A stretch of 42,147 nucleotides of DNA, from assembly GCA_005888295.1 (NCBI GenBank), contig VAWP01000054.1, positions 21,640 to 63,786 of the forward strand, read 5' to 3'. The stretch comes from Actinomycetota bacterium (GTDB lineage Bacteria > Actinomycetota > Acidimicrobiia > Acidimicrobiales > AC-9). The translations under genes were made by a program, and so were the position numbers. This document shows positions 8,355-18,242 of the stretch, one piece after another; the first letter of the stretch is position 1, and every line of letters starts with the position of its first letter. Under the pieces are notes generated by a model that did no database searches, was not told where the DNA came from, and saw nothing but the letters and a program-made list of their open reading frames with translations.

Positions 8355-9150
8355 CCACCGTGACATCCTCGTCGCCCAATCCGCTGTCGACAAGGGCGCC
8401 CCACTCCTCGGCGAGCGAGGCCAGGACCCTGAATCGGTCTGGGTCTCCTTCGGTGAGAGCGAGGCGGACGTCCTTCAGGGCGAGGCCCAAGGCGAACTCG
8501 GCGGAGTACTCGCCCTTGGCGATGCGGCGAAACTTCCCTGATTCCCAGGCTGAGACCAACGCGCTCCCATCGAACGCCTCGACGACCGAGTCAGTATCGA
8601 GCCCCAGTCGACGGGCCAGGCCAAAGGAGTTGGCGACCCCCTCAGCGGTGAAGGCCAGCAACACGTTGTTCACCAGCTTCATACGGGACCCAGATCCGGG
8701 AGCTGGCCCGAGCCACAGCGTGCGCTGACCGATAGCGTCGAACACAGGTGCCACACGCGATCGCGCCTCCTCGGGACCAGAGGCGAAGATCATCAGGGTG
8801 CCCTGTTCAGCAGGCACCTTGCTACCCGACACAGGAGCGTCCACGAAATAGGTATCCGGGCGCTGGTCGCTCGCCATGGCACCGAGCCGCTCCGTCCCTG
8901 CCACACCTATTGTGCTCATCTGTGCCCATACGGCACCGGCGGGAAGCGCCGCCAGCATGCCGTGTTCGGTAGCGAGCGACATCACGGCGTCGGCATTGCT
9001 GACCATCGTGATGACAACATCGGCTTGTCCGACCGCCTCAGCCACCGATGTGGCGACATCAGCGCCCTGCTCGGCAAACCTGTCTGCCGCCTCGGGCCTG
9101 CGGTTCCACACCACGGTCGGTAGGCCGGCCCTGAGGGCGGTAGCCGCCAT
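8355..9150 (-). pseudogene. 3-hydroxyisobutyrate/6-phosphogluconate-DH-family oxidoreductase lacking its N-terminal GxGxMG
   Basis: VVWNR, DAPVSGS, GSRMKLVNN and LALKDV motifs are present. The Rossmann start is replaced by an unrelated fragment. Confidence 0.8.
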
Positions 9151-9333
9151 CGGTGCGCTCGCGGTCTGCAGGGTGTTGCCGGCATCGGGCGGCGTGACCG
9201 CGCTATAGGGGGTGTCATCGGGCTTGTCGGTGAACGACGCCGACATCGGGGTCGCGTAGGTGTCGAACTGCGTGAGCGGCTTGATCCCCACGATGTCCTC
9301 GATGGTTCGCAGCATGGAGACGGTGGAATAGAA
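9148..9333 (-). pseudogene. C-terminal-region fragment of a YncE/alkaline-phosphatase-like phosphoesterase
   Basis: FYSTVSMLRTIEDIVGIKPLTQFDTYATPMSASFTDKPDDTPY...APMAA. Confidence 0.65.
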
Positions 9334-9375
9334 AGGTAGGGGTCAGCAACCCGTTGCCGGCGCAGGGATCGGGGC

Positions 9376-10098
9376 TCACCGCCGATGCACGGTGGCAGCG
9401 CCGGCCTGATCGCGCGCGAGCACCACCATCGTGTCCACGTTGACATGGGAGGGCCGGCTGACGATGAAGCCGATGCACTCGGCAATGTCGTCGGCGCTGA
9501 GCGGCGTCACGCCTTCATAGACGGCCGCGGCACGGGCACGGTCGCCGTGAAAGCGCACCACGCTGAACTCCGTCTCGACCAATCCCGGGTCCATCTCGGA
9601 GACCCGGACAGGACGACCCAGTAGCTCGAGCCTGAGCACCCTCGTAACTGACCGAATGGCGAACTTGGCGGCGTTGTAGCCAGCACCACCAACGTAGGGC
9701 TCGTACCCCGCGATCGAGCCCATCATGACCACGTGCCCGTCCCCGCTGCTCTCGAGCAGAGGAAGAAGTCGTTTCGTCATCCGAAGCGTGCCGAGGACGT
9801 TCGTCTCGTACATCGTCAACCACTCACCGGGGTCGGCGTTCTCGATCCGATCAAGGCCCAAGGCCCCACCGGCGTTGTTGACGAGCACCCGACAGGTCTC
9901 GAGCTCCGCGCAGAAATGTTCGACCGAATCCTCGTCGGTGACGTCAAGGGGCATCCACCGGGCACTTATCTCTTCTGCGATCTCCCGAAGCTGGTCATGT
10001 CGCCGTGCACCGAGAACAAGCTCGAAGTCGTCGCGCTTCAGCTGTCTGGCGATTGCAGCTCCGATACCACTGCTGGCGCCCGTCACACCCTTCGACAC
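9376..10098 (-). CDS. YdfG-like NADP-dependent SDR, first beta-strand possibly lost
   Basis: VTGASSGIG, NNAGGALG, YNAAK, PGLVETEFS and RPSHVN motifs. Confidence 0.85.
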   Translation of the reverse strand: MSKGVTGASSGIGAAIARQLKRDDFELVLGARRHDQLREIAEEISARWMPLDVTDEDSVEHFCAELETCRVLVNNAGGALGLDRIENADPGEWLTMYETNVLGTLRMTKRLLPLLESSGDGHVVMMGSIAGYEPYVGGAGYNAAKFAIRSVTRVLRLELLGRPVRVSEMDPGLVETEFSVVRFHGDRARAAAVYEGVTPLSADDIAECIGFIVSRPSHVNVDTMVVLARDQAGAATVHRR

Positions 10099-10244
10099 GC
10101 TCAGCGCTAAGGCCCGCCGCGGCCGGAAGCGGAGTGGCCCACCGCTTGGCGAGGAACCTCACCAGGAGAGACGGATGCAGGGTGTCGCCGGGCGGACGTA
10201 GCTACGTCGTGACGTCCGGCGACCTCTAGGCGCGTAGCGCTGCC

Positions 10245-10439
10245 GTTCCACATCTGGTCGAAAGGGGGCGAGAGGCGCCGGCGGGCGAGGCCCATTTCGA
10301 TCAGATGTGGAACAGGACCTCGGCCGACCGGCACCGCACTCGACGCAGAGGACATCCTGCCCGGCCGGCGAGCCGCCCGTGTTCCACATGCGGTCGACAC
10401 CGGGGCGCATCTCCGTACGTTATCGACCAAATGCGGAAC
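10245..10439. repeat. Two inverted pairs of a ~17-bp REP-like unit
   Basis: GTTCCACATCTGGTCGA at 10245-10261 with its inverse at 10297-10313; GTTCCACATGCGGTCGA at 10381-10397 with its inverse at 10423-10439. Confidence 0.8.
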
Positions 10440-10530
10440 GCGACCAACGCACGCGCCCGGCTGAAACCGAGGGTGCCCGACGGCGGTGATCAGACCTCGA
10501 TCACCGCCGGAGCCCGATGCCAGACGGCAC

Positions 10531-10974
10531 TTACGGTCGGGTCCCGCTACCCGGTCTCCCGCCGTCACGGACCGGCTGGGCGATCCCGATGAGGTTGCCC
10601 TCGGTGTCGTAGAAGAACGTACCGAGCTCGCCGGTGCCCTTGCTCGGATAGTTGTCGGGGGCGGCGATCGTCTCGCCGCGGACATCGAAGCCAGACATCT
10701 CGAAGCGCTCGAAGGTCACACCCCGGGCTCGTAGTTCAGTGAGGGTCGCGTCGAGGTTCTCGACCTCGAATGCCATCTGGGTCGACTCCCCTGAGGGCGC
10801 CCCCGCGGAGCTGAAGATATGGAACTCGGTCGGGCCGCAGATGTAACGAAGTCCGCCGGTACGCTCCTCGACCGCCTCGAGCCCGAGCTTGTCCCGGTAG
10901 AAGGCGCGCGCCCGCTCGAGATCCTGAGCGGGCAGCTTGGTGACGGCGTGCGCGTTGCTGAGCGGTCCGGTCAT
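10531..10974 (-). CDS. VOC/glyoxalase-family protein
   Basis: LPAQDLERARAFYRDKLGL...FFYDTEGNLIGIAQ. Confidence 0.9.
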   Translation of the reverse strand: MTGPLSNAHAVTKLPAQDLERARAFYRDKLGLEAVEERTGGLRYICGPTEFHIFSSAGAPSGESTQMAFEVENLDATLTELRARGVTFERFEMSGFDVRGETIAAPDNYPSKGTGELGTFFYDTEGNLIGIAQPVRDGGRPGSGTRP

Positions 10975-11264
10975 GGTTGTCTCCCGGGGAGGATCGCAGG
11001 CGTTGAAGACGATAGCGGCGGACGGCGGCGAGCTCATCGCTCTCTGCCGAGCCTTTGGCAATTTGGGCCGTCCTTCCAGCACGTTGGGTGTACCGTCGCG
11101 CACGGGCTCCGGCGGAAGGAGGCCCAGGATTCCTAAGGACCGTTCGTTGGGGCGACTGGCTGCACTCCTAGTCGACCGGAGCGGAGGATCATCACTGGTG
11201 CGGCGAGGGGTCCCGCTCCGACCAATCCTCGCCGATCGAGCCCCACTAGAAAGGAGCCAAGGCC

Positions 11265-12098
11265 ATGCCCTTCGTCACAGTAGGCGAGGAGAACTCCAAC
11301 CCGATCGAGCTGTACTACGAGGACCACGGCTCCGGTCAGCCCGTGGTGCTGATCCACGGCTATCCACTTGATGGGCATTCCTGGGAGAAGCAGCTGCCGC
11401 TGCTCCTGGAGCGAGGTCACCGGGTGATCACCTACGACCGGCGCGGATTCGGGCATTCCAGTCAGCCGACGACCGGGTACGACTACGACACCTTCGCCGC
11501 CGACTTGAAGAGCCTGGTCGACACACTCGATCTGAGCGACATGGTCCTGGCCGGATTCTCGATGGGATCCGGCGAGGTCGCCCGCTACCTAGGCAACTAC
11601 GGCTCGCGACGGGTGACCAAGGCTGCGTTGTTCGGCGCCATCCCGCCCTACCTGTTGCAAACCGCCGACAATCCGGACGGGCTGCCTCAGAGTCTGTTCG
11701 ACGGATTCATGGAGAGCGTGAAGAAGGACCGCTATGCGTGGTTCAAGTTTTTCTTCGACAACTTCTACAACGTCGACAAGCTCGGCGGTACCCGCATCAG
11801 CGACGAGGCCTGGAACGCCAGCTACCAGGTGGCCTGTGGTTGCTCCCCGTACGCCACGCTGGCCTGCGTGCCAACCTGGCTGACCGACTTCCGCGCCGAC
11901 CTTCCCAAGATCGACGTGCCACTGCTGGTCGTCCACGGCACCGAGGACCGAATCCTGCCGATTGACAACACGAGCAGGCGTCTGCCTGATCTCGTCAATG
12001 ACATCCGGCTGGTCGAGGTCGAGGGGGGGCCACACAACATCGGCTGGACACACCCGGAGGAACTCAACAAAGCTTTCCTCGACTTCATCGCCGAGTAA
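11265..12098 (+). CDS. Non-heme haloperoxidase/perhydrolase (BpoA2-like alpha/beta hydrolase)
   Basis: MPFVTVGEENS, HGYPLDG, YDRRGFG, GFSMG and GGPH motifs; AAGGAG RBS. Confidence 0.93.
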   Translation: MPFVTVGEENSNPIELYYEDHGSGQPVVLIHGYPLDGHSWEKQLPLLLERGHRVITYDRRGFGHSSQPTTGYDYDTFAADLKSLVDTLDLSDMVLAGFSMGSGEVARYLGNYGSRRVTKAALFGAIPPYLLQTADNPDGLPQSLFDGFMESVKKDRYAWFKFFFDNFYNVDKLGGTRISDEAWNASYQVACGCSPYATLACVPTWLTDFRADLPKIDVPLLVVHGTEDRILPIDNTSRRLPDLVNDIRLVEVEGGPHNIGWTHPEELNKAFLDFIAE

Positions 12099-12117
12099 GG
12101 CAGGAGGGTCAGCTCGT

Positions 12118-12771
12118 TCAGCCCGTGACGCGGCGATGGGGCTGGGCGCTTCGCGTATTGGACGACAGCCACTCATCCAGGCTGTCGATGATCCGTTCGA
12201 TGACCGGGCGGAGCTCACGTGCGATCCGGATGGAGCGTCGGCCGGCAACCCTGCGTCGTCCGCTCTCATCAGTAATCGTCTGGATAACCCATGCCAGGGC
12301 GATGCCCTGCACCTTGCCGACCTCGGGATCAACACCCTCCGTCGTTTCGGTGATCGCAGCCGCGATGGCGTCCGCCAGTCGGTCGGTGAGCTCTAGGGAC
12401 AGGCGTCGGACCGTGGGGCTGATCGCCGACAGGTAGTCGAGGCCCCCTCGCGCCTGGTCGTCAGGCACCGCCTTGATCCCATCCACAAAAGCGAGAGCTG
12501 CGTCGCGGATAGCGGCGGCGGGGCTGACACCGGGTTGCCTCGTTCTGATCAACTCGGTCAGGCGCTGAGTGAGGTCCTCCTCGAGGTCGAACACCAGGTC
12601 CTGCTTGGTAGGGAAGTAGTTGTACACGGTCTGCTCGGAGACGTCGGCGGCCTCGGCAACGTCGACGACGGCGACTTGCTCGTAGCCCCGCTCGCCGAAC
12701 AGCCGCGCCGCGGTGTCGGCGATGTGCTGGCGGGTCCGGCGCTTCTTTCGCTCACGCAGGCCCTCGGCCAC
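12118..12771 (-). CDS. TetR/AcrR-family regulator
   Basis: GLRERKKRRTRQHI...VSEQTVYNYFPTKQDL; GAGGAGG RBS before GTG 12771. Confidence 0.92.
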   Translation of the reverse strand: MAEGLRERKKRRTRQHIADTAARLFGERGYEQVAVVDVAEAADVSEQTVYNYFPTKQDLVFDLEEDLTQRLTELIRTRQPGVSPAAAIRDAALAFVDGIKAVPDDQARGGLDYLSAISPTVRRLSLELTDRLADAIAAAITETTEGVDPEVGKVQGIALAWVIQTITDESGRRRVAGRRSIRIARELRPVIERIIDSLDEWLSSNTRSAQPHRRVTG

Positions 12772-12806
12772 GGAATTTCCTCCTCGACCACGGCTGGCAG
12801 GAATTT

Positions 12807-12820
12807 TAGAGTTTACCCTA
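12807..12820. promoter_or_regulatory. Candidate TetR operator
   Basis: Imperfect palindrome TAGAGT-TT-ACCCTA in an AT-rich island between tetR and the MFS gene. Confidence 0.55.
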
Positions 12821-13014
12821 TCGTTAGTGTGTACTGAGAGTACCACCCGGTGAGCCAGGGCAGGCGCCTCCGGCGTCAGTAGGCCAGAAGCCCTGGCCGG
12901 CGGGGCCAACACAAGCGTCGTCGTCAACTCGGAACCGAGCAGGTCGACGTGGCGCGTCCATCGGGCGGCCCCGAAGGGGGTCCCCCGCCAACCAGCTCAC
13001 GAAGGAGAAGCGCC

Positions 13015-14508
13015 ATGGCAGTCACGTTCCTGACTCCGGTTGCGAACCTGCGGGATGCCGACCCCCGCCGCTGGTTGGCATTGGCCGTCCTGGCCTGTCT
13101 GCAGTTCATGCTCATCCTCGACGCCACGGTGGTGAACGTGGCCCTCCCTTCCATCAAGGCCGACCTCGGCTTCTCCCAGTCCAACCTGGCCTGGGTGGTC
13201 GACGCCTACGTACTCGTGGCCGGGGGCTTTCTGCTCCTCGGCGGGCGCGTGGCCGACCTGTTCGGTCGTCGACGGGTCTTCATGGCCGGTGCGGTGGCCT
13301 TCGCGGTTGGCTCACTGGCCAGCGGATTGGCCCAGGACCAGGTCATGCTCATCGGCTCCCGGGCCCTGCAGGGATTGGGTGAGGCGCTGGCTGGACCGGC
13401 GGCTCTGTCGATCATCGCCGTCCTGTTCGTCGATCCCAAGGAGAAGGCCAAGGCCCTCTCCATCTGGGGTGGCCTGGCCGGCCTGGGCGGCACCGTCGGG
13501 GTGCTGCTCTCGGGGGTGATCATCGATGTGGCCGACTGGCGCTGGATCTTCTGGATCAACCTTCCCGTGGCGGCCGCTGTCATCTTCGCCGCACTGCGAC
13601 TGGTTCGCGACGACCGGCATCGAGCACGCAGCAGCTTCGACTTCGCCGGGGCGGCGACCGCCACCGGCGGCATCACCGCCATCGTCTATGCCCTGCTCGA
13701 GGCCAACCGCAATGGCTGGACCTCGCTTACCACCCTCGGCTTCTTCGCCGCCGGGGTGGCGCTACTGGCCGCCTTCCTGGCCATCGAGGGCCGTCTGCGC
13801 GCTCCCTTGGTCCCACTACGGTTCTTCCGGGCCCGTGTGCCTCGCACCGCCAGCGGCCTGATGGTGCTCGTCGCTTCGGCGTTGTACGGCATGTTCTTTC
13901 TGCTCACCCTCTACATGCAGCTCGGCCTGGGCTGGTCGCCCCTGCACACCGGGGTGGCCTACGTGGTCTTCGGCCTCGGTGTGGTGGTGGCCTCCGGCGC
14001 GGCGTCGCAGCTGCTGCCCAAGATCGGGGCCCGCCCGATCGTGGCCGGAGGGATGAGCCTGGCCGCAGGTGGGTTCGCCCTCCTCACCCAATTGCCCCTT
14101 CACGCCCAGTACTGGAGCGACATCGTGCCGGCCATGGTCCTCATGTCGGTCGGTCTGGGGCTGAGTTTCGTGTCCTTGACGATCTCGGCTGTCTCCGAAG
14201 CTGGGGAGGCCGACGCCGGTCTGGCATCGGGCATGGTCACCACCGCCCAACAGGTCGGTGGTGCTCTGGGGTTGGCCGTACTCGTGTCGGTGGCCACGAA
14301 TCGGACCACGAGCCTGCTCGGCAGCGGTCACTCGTCCGCCGTGGCCCAGCTGGCGGGCAGTCATCTGGCTTTCGGTCTCGGCGCAGGGCTGCTGGCCGTC
14401 GGCGCCGTGCTGGCCGCCCTCCTGCTCGGTCGGGCCAAGCCTGCGGCGGTGCCAGAGCCCACAGTGGTGAGCCAAGCCACCTACGAGCCCGAGCCGCTCG
14501 CCTCGTGA
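13015..14508 (+). CDS. DHA2 (14-TMS) MFS efflux transporter
   Basis: LDATVVNVALPSI, GGRVADLFGRRR and WRWIFWINLP motifs. Confidence 0.93.
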   Translation: MAVTFLTPVANLRDADPRRWLALAVLACLQFMLILDATVVNVALPSIKADLGFSQSNLAWVVDAYVLVAGGFLLLGGRVADLFGRRRVFMAGAVAFAVGSLASGLAQDQVMLIGSRALQGLGEALAGPAALSIIAVLFVDPKEKAKALSIWGGLAGLGGTVGVLLSGVIIDVADWRWIFWINLPVAAAVIFAALRLVRDDRHRARSSFDFAGAATATGGITAIVYALLEANRNGWTSLTTLGFFAAGVALLAAFLAIEGRLRAPLVPLRFFRARVPRTASGLMVLVASALYGMFFLLTLYMQLGLGWSPLHTGVAYVVFGLGVVVASGAASQLLPKIGARPIVAGGMSLAAGGFALLTQLPLHAQYWSDIVPAMVLMSVGLGLSFVSLTISAVSEAGEADAGLASGMVTTAQQVGGALGLAVLVSVATNRTTSLLGSGHSSAVAQLAGSHLAFGLGAGLLAVGAVLAALLLGRAKPAAVPEPTVVSQATYEPEPLAS

Positions 14509-14531
14509 GAGACAACAGAGAGGAGTCACAG

Positions 14532-15215
14532 ATGAAGCTCACAATCGTCGCCGCCACCGGAGGCATCGGTCGACAGGTCCTCGAGCAGGCCGTGGCCGCA
14601 GGCCACGACGTCACGGCAGTCGTCCGCAACCAAGCCAAGCTGTCCCCGGTACTGCCCGGTGCCGGGGAGGTTCGGGTCGTCACGGTTGACCTCGCGGCCC
14701 CCGACCCGGGGGCGCTCGAGTCCGCCGTCCAAGGCGCCGATGCGGTGCTGTCGGGCCTCGGCCCCCGGTCGAACTCCGACGCTGGCGTCGCGTGGCGTGG
14801 CACGCGGGCAGTCGTCCAGGCGATGCAGGCAACGCAGGTAGGACGCATCGTCGTTGTCAGCGCCGCCCCGGTCGGCACGGTGGCAACCCCGGGCCGCCCC
14901 AAGCCACCGAAGTTTGACCCAGGTGACGGATTCTTCATGCGCCATCTGTTCAGTCATGTGGCGGGGGCCGCGTTCGGGAAGGTGTATGCGGATCTGGCGC
15001 GCATGGAGGACGTCCTCGCCGACAGCGGCCTGGACTGGACCGCCGTGCGGCCGCCGCGGCTGACCGACAAGCCGCTCACCGGCAGCTACCGAACGGCGCT
15101 CGGGCAGAACCTGCGAGGCGGCTGGTCAGTTTCCCGCCCCGACGTCGCTAATCTGATGCTCCGGGTGCTCGATCAACCCGAGACCTTCAAGCAGACCATC
15201 GGCATCGCAAACTAG
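14532..15215 (+). CDS. NAD(P)H-binding flavin/biliverdin-reductase-like protein
   Basis: MKLTIVAATGGIG...SGLDWTAVRPPRL...SRPDVA; GAGGAG RBS. Confidence 0.9.
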   Translation: MKLTIVAATGGIGRQVLEQAVAAGHDVTAVVRNQAKLSPVLPGAGEVRVVTVDLAAPDPGALESAVQGADAVLSGLGPRSNSDAGVAWRGTRAVVQAMQATQVGRIVVVSAAPVGTVATPGRPKPPKFDPGDGFFMRHLFSHVAGAAFGKVYADLARMEDVLADSGLDWTAVRPPRLTDKPLTGSYRTALGQNLRGGWSVSRPDVANLMLRVLDQPETFKQTIGIAN

Positions 15216-15365
15216 GTAGGAGTTGCTGCAGCTGTGGCGGGGTCTCGGCGTCGCTGCGCCACTTGGGGCGAACCACGCCGTTGCGCATGACGAGGTTGCG
15301 GCGACCCGAGCCGTCCCGGGCATGAACCTTCGAGACGGCTACGCCGGCACCGCGCATAATGATGC

Positions 15366-16181
15366 ATGATCGAGAATCTGACCGGCAAGGTTGCGGTGCT
15401 GACGGGCGGGGGATCAGGGATCGGGCGGGCGATGGCTGAGCGGTTCGGCTCTGCCGGCGCCAAGGTGGTAATCGGCGACATCGAGCCGGCCGCGCTCGAC
15501 GAAGCAACTGCCGCGCTGTCGGCCGCAGGCGCCGATGTACACGGCGTGCCACTGGACGTAACCGACCCCGCCTCTCTCGATCGTTTGCGAAACGAGGCGC
15601 TGGAGCGGTTCGGCGCGGTTCATCTGGTGTGCGCCAATGCGGGTGTCGCTCCGATCGGAATGATCGCTGACACGTCCCTGTCGGACTGGCGCTGGGTGGT
15701 CGACGTCAACCTTCTCGGCGTCGTCCTCACGACCACCGCCTTCCTGCGCAACCTCACGGGCCAGGGAGCCGGCCACCTGGTACTCACAGCTTCGTTGGCC
15801 GGCCTGACGACGGCCCCTGGCCTGGGGCCGTACTGCGCTACCAAACATGCGGTCGTCGCCATCGCGAACACGCTGCGGGCCGAGCTAACGGGCACCGGTG
15901 TGGGCATATCGGTGCTCTGCCCCAGCTTGGTTCGTACGCGGATCTTCGAGAGCGAGCGCAACCGGCCAGAAGCTCTCGGCGGGGCTGCCGTGGAGACCGG
16001 GCCCGCCCGGACCTTCTTTCAGCAGACGCTCTCCGCCACGGGCATCTCACCGGCCGAGGTCGCCGAGAGGGTGTACGAGGCGGTGACGACGGGCCGCTTC
16101 TGGGTGTTCCCGCACCCAGACGAAGTTCTCGCCGCGGCCGAGGCTCATATTGCCGACATCCGCGCAACCATCGGTGGCTAG
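15366..16181 (+). CDS. SDR oxidoreductase
   Basis: TGGGSGIG, NAGV and YCATK motifs; CATAAT just upstream suggests a leaderless transcript. Confidence 0.92.
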   Translation: MIENLTGKVAVLTGGGSGIGRAMAERFGSAGAKVVIGDIEPAALDEATAALSAAGADVHGVPLDVTDPASLDRLRNEALERFGAVHLVCANAGVAPIGMIADTSLSDWRWVVDVNLLGVVLTTTAFLRNLTGQGAGHLVLTASLAGLTTAPGLGPYCATKHAVVAIANTLRAELTGTGVGISVLCPSLVRTRIFESERNRPEALGGAAVETGPARTFFQQTLSATGISPAEVAERVYEAVTTGRFWVFPHPDEVLAAAEAHIADIRATIGG

Positions 16182-16226
16182 AGCCGGCTCAGCCACAAGA
16201 GCCTTCGCTGACTCGCCCTGCCGCAC

Positions 16227-16275
16227 TGCAACCAGTGGTTGCATAGTCGCCCGCCAAGTGCTACCGTCGGTTGCA
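16227..16275. promoter_or_regulatory. Two ArsR-type operators
   Basis: Perfect TGCAACCA-G-TGGTTGCA (16227-16243) and degenerate TGCTACCGTCGGTTGCA (16259-16275). Confidence 0.75.
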
Positions 16276-16301
16276 CATCGGCAACGAGGCAGGAGAGGGC
16301 G

Positions 16302-16748
16302 ATGGCTGATCTCAGGATCGAACGGGATGTCCTGATCGAGGCTCCGGTCGACGTGGTGTGGCGCACGATCACCGAGCCTGACCAGATCACCCGGTGGTTT
16401 GCAGACCGGGTGGAGCTGGAGCTGAAACCAGGCGGCCGGGGTCATCTGGGTTTCGGCGAACCTGGCGAACACAAGGGGACGGCCATCGTGGTGGAGACCG
16501 TCGATCAGCCCAACCGGTTCGCCTTTCGTTGGAAGCGTCCCCAGGATGCAGATCCGGAGCCCACCAACTCGGTGCTGGTCGAGTTCACCCTCAATGCTCG
16601 AGGTCCCGAGCGCACGCACCTGCGAGTCGTCGAGAGCGGCCTCGAGCTTGTCACCTGGCCCGATGAGGAGAAGCAGAGCTACGCCGACGACCACAACGGC
16701 GGCTGGGCTCAGTGCTTCGACCGCTTGGCCATGTTGTTCGCGAGATGA
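16302..16748 (+). CDS. SRPBCC/AHSA1-domain protein
   Basis: IERDVLIEAPVDVVWRTITEP...THLRVVESG...GGWAQCF. Confidence 0.9.
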   Translation: MADLRIERDVLIEAPVDVVWRTITEPDQITRWFADRVELELKPGGRGHLGFGEPGEHKGTAIVVETVDQPNRFAFRWKRPQDADPEPTNSVLVEFTLNARGPERTHLRVVESGLELVTWPDEEKQSYADDHNGGWAQCFDRLAMLFAR

Positions 16749-17095
16749 GGACAGAACCCGACGATCAGCTGTGGTCGGCGATCGCCGAACCGTCTCGTCG
16801 CCGGGTTCTCGACCTGCTGGTCAGCGGTGGGGAGGCGACCGCCAGCGTGTTGGCAGAGCAGGTTCCGTTCACCCGCCAAGCCGTATCGAAACACTTGGTC
16901 GCGCTCGAGGAGGCGGGCCTGGTCAGCCGGCGCAAGCAGGGGCGCGATGTGCTCTTCCGGGTCGAGAGCAGCCGTCTCGACCAGGCAACTCGCGCCATGT
17001 CCGATGTAGCCACGAGGTGGGACCGCCGGCTCGCCTCGATCAAGGGGCTGGCCGAAGCCGCTCATGTGGAGGCGAAAGGACGGAGCAGGAGATGA
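16745..17095 (+). CDS. ArsR/SmtB-family regulator
   Basis: AIAEPSRRRVLDLL...TRQAVSKHLVALEEAGLV; ATGA overlap with the upstream gene. Confidence 0.9.
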   Translation: MRTEPDDQLWSAIAEPSRRRVLDLLVSGGEATASVLAEQVPFTRQAVSKHLVALEEAGLVSRRKQGRDVLFRVESSRLDQATRAMSDVATRWDRRLASIKGLAEAAHVEAKGRSRR

Positions 17096-17154
17096 CGACG
17101 GAGCCCACCGGGATCGCTGAGTTCGTGAAGTATCCAACCGAAGGAGACCAGAAG

Positions 17155-17943
17155 ATGCCCGACCACAAGATTGTCGACCTCGACGAGTGGACAGCCGCCC
17201 GCAACGAGCTGCTGGTCCTCGAGAAGGAACTGACACGCCGAAGCGACGAGCTAGCCCAGCGCCGGCGAGGACTGCCGTGGGCCCGCATCAACAAGGAGTA
17301 CACCCTCCAGACCGCCGCCGGCCCCCGAACACTCGCCCAGCTCTTCGAAGGGCGATCGCAGCTCGTGATGTACAACTTCATGTTCGGTCCCGACTACGAG
17401 GCCGGGTGCCCGGTCTGTTCATCGATCGCTGACAGCTTCAACGGTGTGCTCGAGCATCTGAAGGACAGGGACGTCACGATGATCTGCGTCTCCAGGGCCC
17501 CGATCGACAAGCTCGACGCCTACCGTCGGCGGATGGGCTGGAACTTCCCGTGGGCGTCGAGTTTCGAGAGCGACTTCAACTTCGACTTCGAGCGGTCGGT
17601 CCGCAAGGAGACCGTCGCGGGGTGGTTCGACGGCGATGTGCCGGCCAAGGAGATCGAGACCCTGACCCCCAGAGAAGCGGAGGTCGAGGTTCCCGCCCGG
17701 TTCGCCGCCGACTGCGGCACCGACCTGATCAGCTACCTGGCCGAGCGGCCTACCCTGAGCGTGTTCACGCTCTCGGACGGTGACGTGTACATGACCTACT
17801 CGACGACGGCTCGGGGTCTGGAGGTCGTCATGACCTATTACGGCATCCTCGACCGCGTCCCCAGCGGGCGCAACGAGGGGGAGCCGGCCGACCCGAGCTG
17901 GATGCGCCGCCACGACGAGTTTGACCAGACCCGGGCGGTGTGA
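17155..17943 (+). CDS. DUF899 thioredoxin-like protein
   Basis: LLVLEKELTR, LFEGRSQL, GCPVCS and RRHDE motifs; alternative start at 17092. Confidence 0.9.
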   Translation: MPDHKIVDLDEWTAARNELLVLEKELTRRSDELAQRRRGLPWARINKEYTLQTAAGPRTLAQLFEGRSQLVMYNFMFGPDYEAGCPVCSSIADSFNGVLEHLKDRDVTMICVSRAPIDKLDAYRRRMGWNFPWASSFESDFNFDFERSVRKETVAGWFDGDVPAKEIETLTPREAEVEVPARFAADCGTDLISYLAERPTLSVFTLSDGDVYMTYSTTARGLEVVMTYYGILDRVPSGRNEGEPADPSWMRRHDEFDQTRAV

Positions 17944-18084
17944 TTGCGGTTCGCTGAGTCCAACCGTGACCCTGTCAGCCTCTGGGGTCAGGAGGCCTAC
18001 GACCGCCTTCGCCGCGTCAAGGCCGAGGTCGACCCGACCGATCTGATCCGGTCCAACCACCCCGTACCGCCCGCTGACCGGTAG
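17944..18084 (+). pseudogene. C-terminal BBE-domain remnant of an FAD-linked oxidase
   Basis: Manual translation gives RFAESNRDPVSLWGQEAYDRLRRVKAEVDPTDLIRSNHPVPP*. Confidence 0.7.
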
Positions 18085-18242
18085 CGCACCGGGCTGGGGC
18101 GCGACCGCTCGGGTCGCGTCCCAGTCCCGCGCCCGTCGATGGTCGTACGCTCATCGACCGGCATGGAATGCCATCGTCGGGGCAAGGAGGTCCCAGTCGC
18201 ATACCATCCAGGGATCACGAGATAGCAGGGGGTGACAGTCGC

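Noticed and set aside
10174-10230. RBS plus MQGVAGRT, possibly the start of another SDR
   Set aside because: Too short, and it needs two indels to fit the family.
17941-17943. Readthrough fusing DUF899 to the BBE tail
   Set aside because: DUF899 ends at its normal RRHDE terminus, so the in-frame junction is probably chance.
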